Notes under the pieces: model-generated
Databases searched by the model: none
Seen by the model: only the letters and a program-made list of their open reading frames with translations
What the model was told of the DNA's origin: nothing
In this document: positions 11,407-23,900 of the stretch, one piece after another
Layout of the letters: every line of letters starts with the position of its first letter
Position numbering within the stretch: the stretch's first letter is position 1
Program-made: the position numbers and the translations under genes
NCBI GenBank assembly: GCA_000388065.2
Contig: KB932203.1
Source of the DNA: Fonticula alba ATCC 38817
Lineage: Eukaryota; Protista; Nucleariida
Strand: one strand, 5' to 3'
Length of the DNA stretch: 64,000 nucleotides

Positions 11407-14400
11407 ATGACGCAGGGGCTTCTCACCGAGCCACCAGCCGCCACCGACCCCGGTCTGCCCTCAAATGCCGACCCCGATGGCGGTGACACGTCCTCAGTCA
11501 AGGTGGCCGTGCGCATCCGTCCTCTGGGGGATTCCGAGCTCGAGGCCGGGGCAATCAGCGTGGTAACGCGTGCGGTTCCCCGCGGCGGTGTTGGTCTGCC
11601 GGTGGTAATCAACGGGCGTGACCGGGTTTTCGCGTTTGACTATGTTTTTGACTCCAAGTGCGTGGACAGTGCTGATGCTCCCCCCCCCCCTCGCACCACG
11701 CGCCTCCTGGCATGGAAGATCTCATCCCGGTCTTCTGTTTGCCCCTTCTCACACGCCTCTCCCCGTCCGAAAGCCACTCGCAGGAGGACCTGTATGGATC
11801 CTGCGTGGCGCCCCTGGTGGAGGCCTTCATGGACGGGTATAATGCCACCGTTTTCGCCTATGGGCAAACGGGCTCCGGCAAAACCTACACCATGGGCTCG
11901 GACTCCGGGTCACTTTCGTCCATCACCGCGCCGCGGCCCTCCCAAGATGCGGCCTTTGATGATGTTGTCCTGCCGACCCACGCCCCGACCACCCATTTGG
12001 GCATCCTGCCGCGGGCGGTCTTTTCCATCTTCGAGCAGATTGACCGTCGTCGAGCCGAAGCCCAGCAGGCTGGCAGCCCGGCCCCCTCCTTCGAAGTTGG
12101 CGTGTCCTTCCTGGAGCTCTACAATGAGGAGTTCATTGACCTGCTTCAGCCACGTACGCGAGAGCTCCACATGATGGTGGCTACCCAGCGCCCCGGCGAG
12201 ATGATTCGCCTGAAGGATGACCCGGCCACCGGCGGCGTGGAGCTTCTCGGAGCCCGAGAGGAGTATGTGGAATCGGCGCTGGAGCTCCTGGCATTGGTTT
12301 CCCTCGGGGCGCAGTCCCGCACGACAGCCAGTACCGACATGAATCTCGTCTCGTCACGGTCGCACGCCATCGCCAGCATCACCCTCCGTCAGAAGCGCTA
12401 TGCCGGGGGGGCCGGCGAGCCGCAGACACCCGGAGCCGCCGGATCCGGCTCTGGGGCTGCCACTGTGGAGTTTATCACCAGCAAGTTTCACCTGGTCGAT
12501 CTTGCCGGATCGGAACGCCTCAAGAAGACCAACGGTGCGCCATGGCTGCCGGAAGGCAAGGGGGACAGGGGGCTTTCGACGGCCCGGCTTCCCCGGCCAC
12601 AGGGGTTCCTTTCGCTGCCTCTATCTATCGATACCTTCCCGACGCCCCTTCCCGCCCCCCTCCCCCGTGACTAACCGACTAGGGTGGCTTTGGCCTTCCA
12701 TCGTGACAGCGGTCGGTGAGCGCGCCAAGGAAGGCATCAACATTAATATGGGCCTCTTGGCACTGGGAAATGTCATCTCCGCCCTGGGTGACGAAGCTCG
12801 GCGGTCGTCCTTCATCCCATACCGCGATTCCAAACTCACCCGGTGTGTTTGGACCTTCTTCTTTTTTTCCCCCCCCCCCTTCCCGGCTTTCCTTTCCCGC
12901 GCCTTTGCTGTTGCCCTCCGGCCGGAGCGACCCTTCCCAACTCACACCACATGGTGCAGCCTTCTCCAAAACTCCCTTGGCGGCAACAGCAAGACCCTGA
13001 TGATTGCCTGTGTCAGCCCGGCCGATGCCAATGCCGCCGAGACCACCTCCACCTTGCACTACGCCAGCCGCGCGAGAAACATCAAGAATGTGGTGTCGGT
13101 GCAGCAACTCTCGGTTGGCGATGGCCCCGGGCTCGGAGCCGCGGCCGTTGAGGAGCTCTTCAGCCTTCGACGGCAGGTGGTGGAAATGCGCGCCGAACTT
13201 CGGGCTTTGAAAGGGGGCATCGGCATGCCGGCCCCAGGCCGGCCCAGTGGCTCGGGCTTCGGCATGCGTGGGTACCCCGCCTCACCGGCGACATTGATGT
13301 CGACCCTCAGTGTGTCTTCCCCCGGCGGGCCGGGTGTCCATGCCGCTGGGGCGACGGCGGATTTGTTGGCACGGCTGCAAGCTTCGGAGTCCGAGCGCCG
13401 GCGTCTGGAGGCCCTGGTTGCTTCGTTGCGCGACCGCTGTGCCGACTTGGCCCAGCAGGTGGCCCGTCTCCGGGCAGTTGAAGAGCCACACCTTTTCCGC
13501 AGCCAACAGCGCCGGCGATGTGGCAGCATCAATGATCCCCCGGCCGAGGATGACATGAGGCCAGTGGATGCCGGTGCCGGCGAGCTGGGAGGCCCGGCCG
13601 CCGGCGAGCCGACGGCACCCGAGGTGGATTGCGCCTCTGTGACAGTCCTGCAGGAGTATCTGGATGAGATTACCGAGCTGCGCGGGCGCCTGGCCATGAG
13701 CGAGGCCACGGTCGAGGACCTGCGTGCTCGGCAGGCGGCCGAATTGGAGGAGCTGGATGCCCCGTTGGCTTTCCCGCTGGATGAGCGCCCACTGGATATC
13801 AACCGTGTTAAGAGGCGTCTCCGGAAGATGGAGGTTCGCTTGGAGCCACGCCGGCTTTTCATCGCTCCTTTTTCCCCCCCTCCCTCCGCCAAAGGGCTTT
13901 CTGTTTCTAATCGTCACATGCCCCGGCGCCGTCGCTGCCCTTCTCTTTCGACAGCGGAAACTCCGCGCAGCCGAAAGCGCTGCGGAGAGCGTGGCCCCGG
14001 ATACGCCCGCGCATGCTGCTCACAGCCCCACTATGATGGCCGTCGGCACAAGTCAGGCGGGGGACGAGGCCCCTGCCTCGATGGTGGTGGACGGCGAACA
14101 GCCTGCGCTCCTGGCTGGCGGTGAGGACCGCATGCCTGTCGAGCAGGGCGCCTTGGACGCGGCTTCGCTGTGCGTGGCCCCGGGGGCCGAGCCGGTTGGT
14201 GTGTCGACCCTCGCCGAGGCACCCTGCGATGTTGATGATTATGACCGTGCCACCGAGGGCAGGCGCGGCTCTGCCGCACTCAACCATGGATCCGGCACTG
14301 ATGATGATGATGATGATGCTGATGAGGGTGCGGATGATGATGGCGAGGAAGACGACTCCGACGGAGAAGGGGACTGCTCCTTCTCGAGCTCGGTCAATGG

Positions 14401-17400
14401 CATGATACAATCGGTGCGCTCCGCCAGTGGCTTCTCCCTTTCTCCCCCTCCGGCACACATTGCCGGGCTGCCTGCATGCTCCCCTCCCCCTCTCCACCCT
14501 GTTGTTTAACCCCTTCCCTGGCTGCTCCAACAGATGGTGGAAAATCCGACAGAGAACTCCCGTCAGTTGTTGAGCCAGTTCGCCCAGATCAAGGAGGACA
14601 TCATGGAGAAGGCTCAGCTTGTGACGGAGCTCGAGCGAAAGGAAGTCGAACTTTCCGAGCTCCGGTACACCTTCAGTGTGCGTGATGCTTGCTTCGCATC
14701 TTCCTCGGGCCATTTTTTGCCCCTTTCTGCCCCCGGTCTGACAGGTCATGTGTGTCACCTTCCTGCCTGGCGTCCTCCACAGGAGCGGCTGAACGAGCTG
14801 ACCGCGGAGAAAAATCGCCTCATCCTCGAGCGTGACAATGCGCTGATCCGCATCAAACAGTCTGCCAAGCCCGGCGAGCAGGTTTGTTGTTTTTGCTTCG
14901 CGCCCTCCTTCCCTGCGCCCCCCCCCCCCGAGGCATGCTCCTGCTCCCCAAAATGGCGCTAACCCACCATACAGCGTGCCATCGAGGCCGAGCGCGACCG
15001 TCACGATCAGCGCATCCGCCAGCTCACCGAGCAGATTGCGGACCTTCGCTCCAAGTACCAGGCAGTATGTGCCCGCGCGGGGCTCGCCCCGCTCCACTCC
15101 TCCGCCTGATCGGCCAGACCAACCCATGCGACTTACCACTCCCCCCGCTTCTTGCCGACAAACACACAGAACCAGAAGGTCCTCCGGTCGAAGCTCAAAA
15201 TCGAGGAACACATGCCGGCACTGAAGGCCTCGATTGCGACTCTCGAGCAACAGCGTCGCGACTTGATCATCAAAATGCGCGCCGAGCAGCGGGACCACCT
15301 TCGCGAGCGTCAGTTGGCCGCGCAGGAGATCAAGGTCCTGCAGAAGCGCGAGATGCAAAGCAGCGGGCTGATTGGCAAGCTCCAGCGGAATATCGAGCAA
15401 AAGGTGCGCCTTCCCCCGGCTGCCGCCCAGCCACCGAGCGCATCTTCCGCTTCTCTCCCTTCTTCCCCCGCCAAATTTGGCTCCTTTCCCTCCCCCTCCC
15501 GCCGACACTTCCCCACTCACATGCGCATGCCTACCATGTTACACCCCGATTCAGGAGGGCCAGCTTCGTCGGCGAACCGAGGAAGCCATCAGTGCCCGAG
15601 AGAAGCTTCGTGTTCTGGATCGCTCGCGATACCTCACCAAGCCGCGCGGTTCGTGGCATCTTCCTTTGCCTCTCGCCTCTTCTGTGTTTTTTTTTCTTCC
15701 ACCATTTGCTTTCCCCTTCCATCCTTTTCCTATTTTGACACAATGCGTGTCTCGTCCATCGCTTCCGATGTGTCTTTTGGCACCTGGCCCTTTCGCCCGG
15801 GCAATCACAGCGAGCGAGAACATCCCTCGGATCAAGTCCAGCTTCGATGCCAAGCTCAAGGATTGGTGCGCCTCTCTCTCGATCTCCGTGCCTGCGTGGA
15901 CCTTTTTTGCTTTTCTTTGCCCCGACTCACCCCCCTCCCCCCCCCTCCCCCTCCCTCATGGATAGCATCTCCCTTCGCGAGCTTGAGGCCGTCTTGTCGC
16001 GGCTAACGCAGCGGCGCAATTCGCTGGTTACTGAGCTGTCCCGCCTCCAGCGAGAGCTCGACCAGGCACCAGGCCCGGATGTGGAGGACCGGTTGCAGGG
16101 GGCTCAGCGTGCGGTCGAGGCCTCCCTGTCGGCCTGCCATTCGCGCATCACCGAAGTCCAAAACGAGCTGTCCAACCAGTATCGAACCCTGTCCGATGAC
16201 CGGTCGCGCTTCCCCTCCTCGTCAGGCGCCCAGCGAGGCCTCTTTGGCAGTCCGAAGCCCTCATCCGAGAACATCGATCAGCCTCAGGTGTTCATGCCAA
16301 TCATCGAGATCTACACGCGGCTTTCCTTTGTGCGTACACTCCCGGCCGATGGCGCCCGGGATGCGACTTTTCTCATCTTGAAGCCCTCTAATTACTTCTC
16401 CCGCCGCCCCCCCCCCCCTCCCCTCTCACCATCTCTACCCTTTGTTCTTGCCTCTCTCCCCTCCCTCTCTCTCTCTCTCTGTCCCCATTTGCAGCCAGCG
16501 CTTCGAGAACTCTTTAAGCTCCTGACCGAGGATCTTGTCACGGCAAGGGTCAACAACCGCATATTGGCTGCCCAGCTGGAGCAGTTCCGGCGAATGGCCG
16601 GCGCAGGTGCAACTCCTCCGGAAGCTGTTCCCACCCCTCGGCCTGCGGCAGCCGGGCCGGACATTTCGCACCTCCAGCGCAGCATCGCCGAGCAGCGCCT
16701 AGCCGTGGAGATGCGCGCATCCAAGATTGCCGCCCTCCAAGCACAGCTCACGGGTGCTGGGCCGTCCGCCAGCGAGTCGAACCTCCTGGCTCGTCCGTCC
16801 TCCGGCACACCGGCCCCGATGGCCATTGATGAGGCAATGCTGCCGGGGCTGGGTGGCCATCCAGCCAACATGTCGCCTGGACGCAGTAACAGCAGCAACA
16901 CCATCACAACCTCCGCTCCCGTCAACCGCCAGACCCTCCAGCGCTTTGCCACTCTGGTCGGCCATACAGGGGGCGTGACACAGCTGGCCCTCGGTGGACA
17001 CGGCTTTGCCGATGTGGCGGACATCTATGGCCCAGATGGACCGCGTCACTTTGGCGGCGATGCCGCCGGCCAGGGGCTGAGTCCCTTCGCTCGGAGCCTG
17101 GATACCCAGCTGTTCAGCTCCGGGCGTGATGGGACTGTCCGTCTCTGGGATGTGGCGCTGGCGTCCGGTGGGGCGGTGCTGGCCCAGAGCGATGGGTACG
17201 TTGTTTTCTCGGTCACCCCTCCTGCCGACTCACCCTCCTGCCCCTCCTCGCCCTTTCTCACCGTGCCCCCTTCTTCTTCTTCTTCTTTCTTTCCCTTTCC
17301 AGGCCCATCCACAGTTTGGCGGCCGTGGGGAATTTCGCCTTTTACCTGAATGACGAGGGCATAGGCTTCGTGGATGCACGGGCCCCACCGCACTCGCCTC

Positions 17401-18507
17401 TTTCCGGCGATGCGGATGCCTGGTCCGGGCTTCGGTGGCTTCACCGGCCCGTGACAATGGCCGTGGCGCCAGATGGCCGGTACCTCCTGACGCCGAGTGG
17501 CTTCCAGCAGCTATCCAATCCGACCGATGCCACCTTTGCCGAGCATGGGGTTGCCGTGTGGGATGTGCGCATGCGTCGGCCATTGAATGGCCTTCGTGGG
17601 GGGTTCCGCGATGCGCCGTGCTCCTTTGCCGTGGTCCCGGCCGGGGGCAATGTGATGCACGGGCTGACAGCCCGGCCGGCTTTGATGCTGTGTGCCTCGC
17701 GCGATCGCATAGTCCGAGCATACGACCTGGCCTCGTTGGATCTTGTGTCCACCTTCCACCCGCCACACCATGATGCCGTGAGCACGGTCTTCGCCGGGCC
17801 GGCGGATGCCGAACTCCATGGCATCGGAGGGGAAACTGTGGCCTACTCCAGTGGGGGCTTCAATTCGGGCTTCATTAAACTCTGGCAGCTGGCTGCCGGA
17901 TCGCGTGCTGGCCATGAGAACCCCTTGAGCACATCGCAAGTGGCTCGCGACGGCGGTGATGCAACTCCCTCCTGGGGGTTCGTTTCGCGGCTCCGATCTT
18001 CCTCACTGACGGGTACCCGGCCGATGGCCGGGGAGCCCATCGGGGGAGGCGCAAGTGGCGATGCCAGTAGTCGAGAGATTTCCTTCACGGCGGAGCCCGC
18101 CCGCCCGGGCCCGAGCCTAGCCACTCGTGATCCGGTGACATCCTCCTCCACACTTGGCACCTGTCGAACCATTGTCACTGGCCATCGTGATGGGTCCCTG
18201 CGGCTGTGGGAGCCCCTTGCTCGGGCTGCGGCGGCCAGCTCGGGTCCCCCCTCCCGCGGACCTTCTCCCTCTCGAGCGGCGGCCAACTTCGGCACCGGGC
18301 CCAACTTCACCACTCAGTCGCAGCCCCGGGCCGAGCTCCCCGGGGCGCACGCTGGTCCGGTGGCCGCGCTTGTGTACGTACCTCGCCTGCCTGCCTTTGG
18401 CATCTGCCCACCCGCCTGCCTGCCCCGCTTCCCTTCCTCCCCTCTTTATCCGGCAGGTAGCCCCCCNNNNNNNNNNCCTCTGGAAGCTGGCCGATCAAAG
18501 CATGTAG
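11407..18507 (+). CDS. KIF21: Kinesin-4 family motor, KIF21-like (motor, coiled-coil stalk, C-terminal WD40 repeats)
   Basis: About 15 exons inferred: 11407-11657, 11774-12534, 12710-12842, 12960-13833, 13955-14413, 14534-14677, 14783-14881, 14975-15064, 15170-15403, 15555-15648, 15811-15865, 15966-16329, 16495-17195, 17303-~18371, and a last exon interrupted by a gap. Motor motifs are [64 protein letters not shown]40 signatures are [40 protein letters not shown]. Stalk exon boundaries are less certain. Confidence 0.88.
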
Positions 18508-18928
18508 GCGAGGCTCTCACCTCTTGGTAATAGATTCATATGTGCGGGCATGAGCAGACGCATTTGTGTGTGTATGTGTGTGTATGTGTATGAATGAACC
18601 CAGACATACTCACGTATGTGCACGCATAGAGGCAGACAGGAGACAGGGAAGTGTAGTGTTTGATACAATGCAGCCCGGTGAGAAGGGACTCGCCTGGCGA
18701 GTAGCTAATCTAACATGTCTGCGCCTATGCGCACGGCACCGAAGCAAAGTATTACAATGGAGGGGGAAAGAGGGAAGGAACACGGCTGGGAGAACTATTG
18801 GCCGCGCAAATGGGGGAGAGGTGGAAATGTGTCGAGGGAAGGAAGAGAGACAGAGAGAGGGGGGGGGGAGGGGAGATGAGAGGGAAAGAGGGAGAAAATG
18901 GACGAGAGGAGCACGATCTGGCCGGCTC

Positions 18929-20882
18929 TCACAGACCACGAAGGGCAACAGCAATCTCCTTCTGACTGAGTTCGCGTGCTGGGGCAATACTCCCGATGGC
19001 GGCCACTCCGCAAGAGAGGACCACCACAAAGACGAAGAGCTCCACAGGGAAGTAGAAGTCGAAGGGGTTTTCCGTAAAGAGGTTGATCTGCAACGTGAGG
19101 ATGGTGGCTGTGGAAATGCCAATGAGTGTGCCCAGGATCAAACACGAGATGACGATCGAAAAAGCCTCGTAGATGTACAGGCGAGTGACGGTTTGCGCCT
19201 AGAGCCCAGAGAGAGAGAGAGAGGAGGGAGGATGCCAGGAGGGGAAAGGGGACACGGTCAGGAAGACTGGCGGATGGGAGGGTAATGTCCGAAGTATACA
19301 GACACACACACACACACACACAAGGGTAACGTACGTTCAGTCCAACGGCCCGCAGAACACCATACTCCCAGGCATTCTCCCGGACGTTGGCCGTGAAACT
19401 CAGCCAGAGGACACAGAAGCAGAAGATCATGCCGACGCCGGAGACAATGAAGAAGAAAAGCAAAATCATGTCCGACGCGAAGGAAGTCTGAGCCACCTGG
19501 TCTCGGATATTGACCACCTCGGCCCCCTCGACCTCGGTCAGCAGCGAGGTCAGACCATTGACGATATGCTCAATCTGCAAGGGCGAGGCCTCGGGCAAGA
19601 CACGAATGAGCAGACGCTCATGTTTGACCGGCTAAACAGAAGGTGAGCCACCAATCAGGAGCTGGAGCAGGGGAGATATAGAGGGAGGAAGAGAGAGAGA
19701 GAGAGAGAGAGAAAGAGAAAGAGGGGGGGCGGTGGAAACGGAAGGGGCAGGGCACTGGCTGACGCACCGGCACGGGGAGGCTGGCCTTTTCGTGCACGCG
19801 CCGCAGGACCTTGGCAAAGATGTCATTGTTGACGAGCATCGGCGAGCCACTAGCCTGGAACTGGTTGAAGCCACCAAACCCGGGGAGCTTGCGCACCAGA
19901 GCCACCGCACTAAAGAGGTAGCTATCCGATCCGCTGGCATCCTGCACCGAGAGCAGCAGGTCGGTGTTGACATCGATGTACGTCGAGGAGGCAATTTGCT
20001 ATGGATGACAACCAATCGCGTGCGCGTGTGAGGGAGACAAATAGGGGGGGGGAGGGAAAGGAAAGAAGGGAAAGGGAGAAAATGGACACGAGCACGCTCG
20101 TGTGCACGAGAAAAGGGAGCAGAGGACAGGCACGATGAGGCCGGCAAACCGGCGAACAGGTCGGAACATACGCTTGAGATGAGGCAGGGATAGCGATGCG
20201 CATAAAGGAGCCCATGTGACTCGTAGTACGCCTCAAGACGAGTATCTTGACCCGAGGGGCTGGAGCTGAAATCAAAACTGAAGTATGGAGGGGCCGAGTC
20301 GGGCAGAACCGGTGGGCCGCTGGAGGAGGAGCCACCAGGCGGCGGATCGATCTCCAATCCGGTGGAGAAGCCAGAGGGCGGGCTGTACAGCGCACGCACC
20401 GGGTTCCGGTGGCCCAGAGGCGTGGTCTTTGGCAGGGTATTGAGGGTCTGCTCGAATTGGGCATTGACTGGCTTCTCCAGGAGAAGATAGTCGTCAAATG
20501 CGACATCCAGATAGTTCTGATCAACGCCCTATGCGTGTTCACACACAGTTGGCCGAAAGTCAGTCGGGGGAAACAGGAAGTGGGCTGATGCTCGCACTGT
20601 TGTGACTTGGGCCGAGGAGAGCATGACTGACACATGACGTACCTGGAAATTGGCATACTTGGACTTGATGGTCACCGCCGAGCGGATGTATGTCCGGTCC
20701 AGGCCAGGGTAGCTGGCCAGGGGGAAGGTGAAGAAGGAGATATCATTGACAATCGCGAACTGGGAATCAATCGGAGAGTCGATGGTCCTGAGAGTGGAAT
20801 GTCCGATGGCGATGAGAGCCGGAGGAGGAGGAGACCCGCAAGCATGGCATCCTGTCAGTCGTCTGCCAGCCTGAACGGACAC

Positions 20883-20920
<38 letters not shown>

Positions 20921-23900
20921 GGGGAGGGGGGGGGCGGAGCGGGCGAGGGGGCGAGGGACCGAGGAACCTAGTTGGCGCGACGCTGGCGGGCGGTCAGCAT
21001 GGACCACAAGGAGAAGGCAGCACCAACCAGGACAAAGGCCAGGCAGAGGTCGGCACCGAGGACCTGCGCGGCATCGGCCGAGTGGACCATCACCGGGCCG
21101 ACGATGTCGGACGAGGAGTAGTGCGGGGGGGGGGGGGGGGCTCGGTGGGCGGGGGAAAAAAACAAGACGCACGGGTTCTGGGTCCGGAAACGGTCGAGAT
21201 AAGCACGCAGCTCGGGTACCGGCAGGGGATGATCAATGCCATAGGTAGACATGACCAGGATGTCGGACCCCAGCAGGGATTTCGTGGCAGACGGGATGGA
21301 CCGGGCTTGCAGGACGAAGAGTGAGGCGGCGAAAATGACGAAGGCCGCCAACATGGTGAACATGATGGCGGTCTTGCGATTACGTGACCGATGGGCAACC
21401 AGGTTCTTGATAACCAGCGGTGCCAGGATGCTGACGCAAGGAGTTGCCATCAGGAGGGCACAAGGCGAATTAGAAGGGGCAACGGCCAACGCAGGAGGAG
21501 GACAGGGAGCCAGAGGGAGGAGCGAAGAAGAAGGACAATCCGGCAAGATGCTGGCATGGCCAAACGCACCGGTCCTCGCCCCACATCAAAATCCAGACCC
21601 ACAGCTTCTCAAAGGCCAGGTCCACGGCCTGGGCAATCAGAACCTGTCCAACGACCATGGCTAATCGCCGGATGAGGGGGGGGGGGGGGGGAATGTCAGT
21701 CAAGGGTCATGGAGCGCAGGCGACAGTCGTCAAGGCAAGTGCCACGCACTGATGAGAATCACCGACAATACGCTGAAAAAGAGGCCGAGGTTGTTGAAGA
21801 TGAACGACAGTGGAACCAGGTAGTATACCAGGACGCCCAAGCCAACGAGGATGAGAGCCACCGTGGTTTCAAGGGGGTTGAAGCCGATGTCCGTGAGCTT
21901 CCGCACCTGCAAATGGCATCGACAGGTTGATGGACATGCGCCGCATGCGCATACGCGGGGCAGGGACAGTTGATGCGTCGTGGAGGAGGGAGAGTCCCGT
22001 CAGTGGGGGAGGGGGGGGAGGCGCGCCCGGCGAGGCGAATGATGCAGTGGTCCGGCTCTCTGAGGGCATCGCCCCGGTACGTACGGTGACCAGCGAGTCG
22101 TTGGCCGTGTTGTGATAGAGATCCAAAGCCCCGCGCAGGGTACGGCCAAGGGCACGACGGATGGGCACCAGTGTCCCAATCAACGGCAAGGTAATGCCAA
22201 GAACTGTGGCGCATTACACGGAGAGGAGAGATCCCCGGAGAAGGACGGTGAGTGGGGGGAGAAGTCAGGAAGGCAGACGGGGGTCTGTTCGAAAAAAGAC
22301 CCGAGCGCACCGATGCCCTGGACGACTGCTTGCCAGCCGAGACCCATCTGCAGCGGCAGGCCAACATAGTTGGAGATGAACATCTCGATTGGGGCGTGGA
22401 GCAGGAAACAAATCATGAGGCCGACCGAAATGCCGGGGATCGAGAAGAAGAGAGACTGTTTCGCCAACCAAGAACATCGGTGAGAAGAGGGAGCATAAAA
22501 GGGGGAGTGGAGGAAGGGCGGAGGAGGAGCAGAAGCAAGGAGGAAAATCGCAAGAAGAAACGAAAAGAAGATCCCGAAAGGATGCTCCCCGCCGCCGCCG
22601 CCGCCGCCGCCAGGGACACATACCTGGACCACGACAATTGCGCTCACAAATGTCACCGGCATGCCCATGGTTCGGAGCATGCCATACTCATAGGTTTTGC
22701 CCTCGACGTCCTCCAGCAGAAGGGAAAACACCAGCAGCACTGCCAGCAGGACCAGGGTGCCGATGGCGATGAAGAATAGCTGATCCAGCGACAGCCGGAT
22801 GAAGGATGTCTGCTGCAGCGTGTCATACACGGGGAAAGTCACTTCCGAGGAGAGAACCGCCACCTCGTCGGGTGAGGGCCCAGGCTTGGAGGCGGCTGCG
22901 GACAGGATGCCGGCCGGCCCACCGGCCAGGATGCCGAGCGAATCGGCAAAGTCCATCCGGTTGGGGTCCTGATCACCAAAGGCATCAACCCCGCCGCCGA
23001 AGGACCCCTTGACGCCAACACGGTCACCGGAGGAGACACGCGGCGAGGCCAGCAACTGGCTGATCGGCGCCACGGCCCCAGGACCCAAGAGATGCGGCTC
23101 GGCAGACAGAACCGACATGACCGTATCGCTGGCCCCCACAAGAGCGGCGACCAGGGCATTGTCCTGCTGCGAGTAGAGGTCCCCGCGCTGGCTGAACTTC
23201 ACACCGACCAACATGGCATGATCGGCCAGGTGGAAATCACGGATCCGGGCCAGTGCCTCATCGAGTTCGGCAGTGGCATTATTCGAGGCGGCCAGCAGGC
23301 GCACGGCTTGCGAGTTGAGGGCCATCTCCATGGTGGACTTCAGGTCGTACTCGAAGGCATGCAAATCGAGGACCACGGTATCGCCAAGGAGGGCTGTGGG
23401 GAACTTGCCACCCGGGCGCTCGATCGCATCGACAACCACGTAGTTCCGGTTCAGGACAAACAAGTCGGCCAGGCGAATGGACGCTCCGGGAGGAAGGGCC
23501 TCAGAGCCGGAGCCAGAACCGGAGCCGGACGACCCAACCCGGGAGGAACTAGAACCTGGGGAAGAGCCGGGGTTGGAGCTGGAGCCTGGAGCTGAGCCGG
23601 NNNNNNNNNNNNNNNNNNNNNNNNNNNNNNNNNNNNNNNNNNNNNNNNNNNNNNNNNNNNNNNNNNNNNNNNNNNNNNNNGAGCCGGGGTTGGAGCTGGA
23701 GCCTGGAGCTGAGCCGGAAGCAGGAGCGGAGCCGGAAGCAGGACCCGAACCAGAAGCAGGAGCGGAGCCAGAAGCAGGAGCGGAGCCAGAAGCAGGAGCG
23801 GAGCCAGAAACAGGAGCTGAGCCGGAAGCAGGAGCTGAGCTGGAGCCTGGAGCTGAGCCGGAAGCAGGAGCCGAACCGGAAGCAGGAGCCGAGCCGGAAG

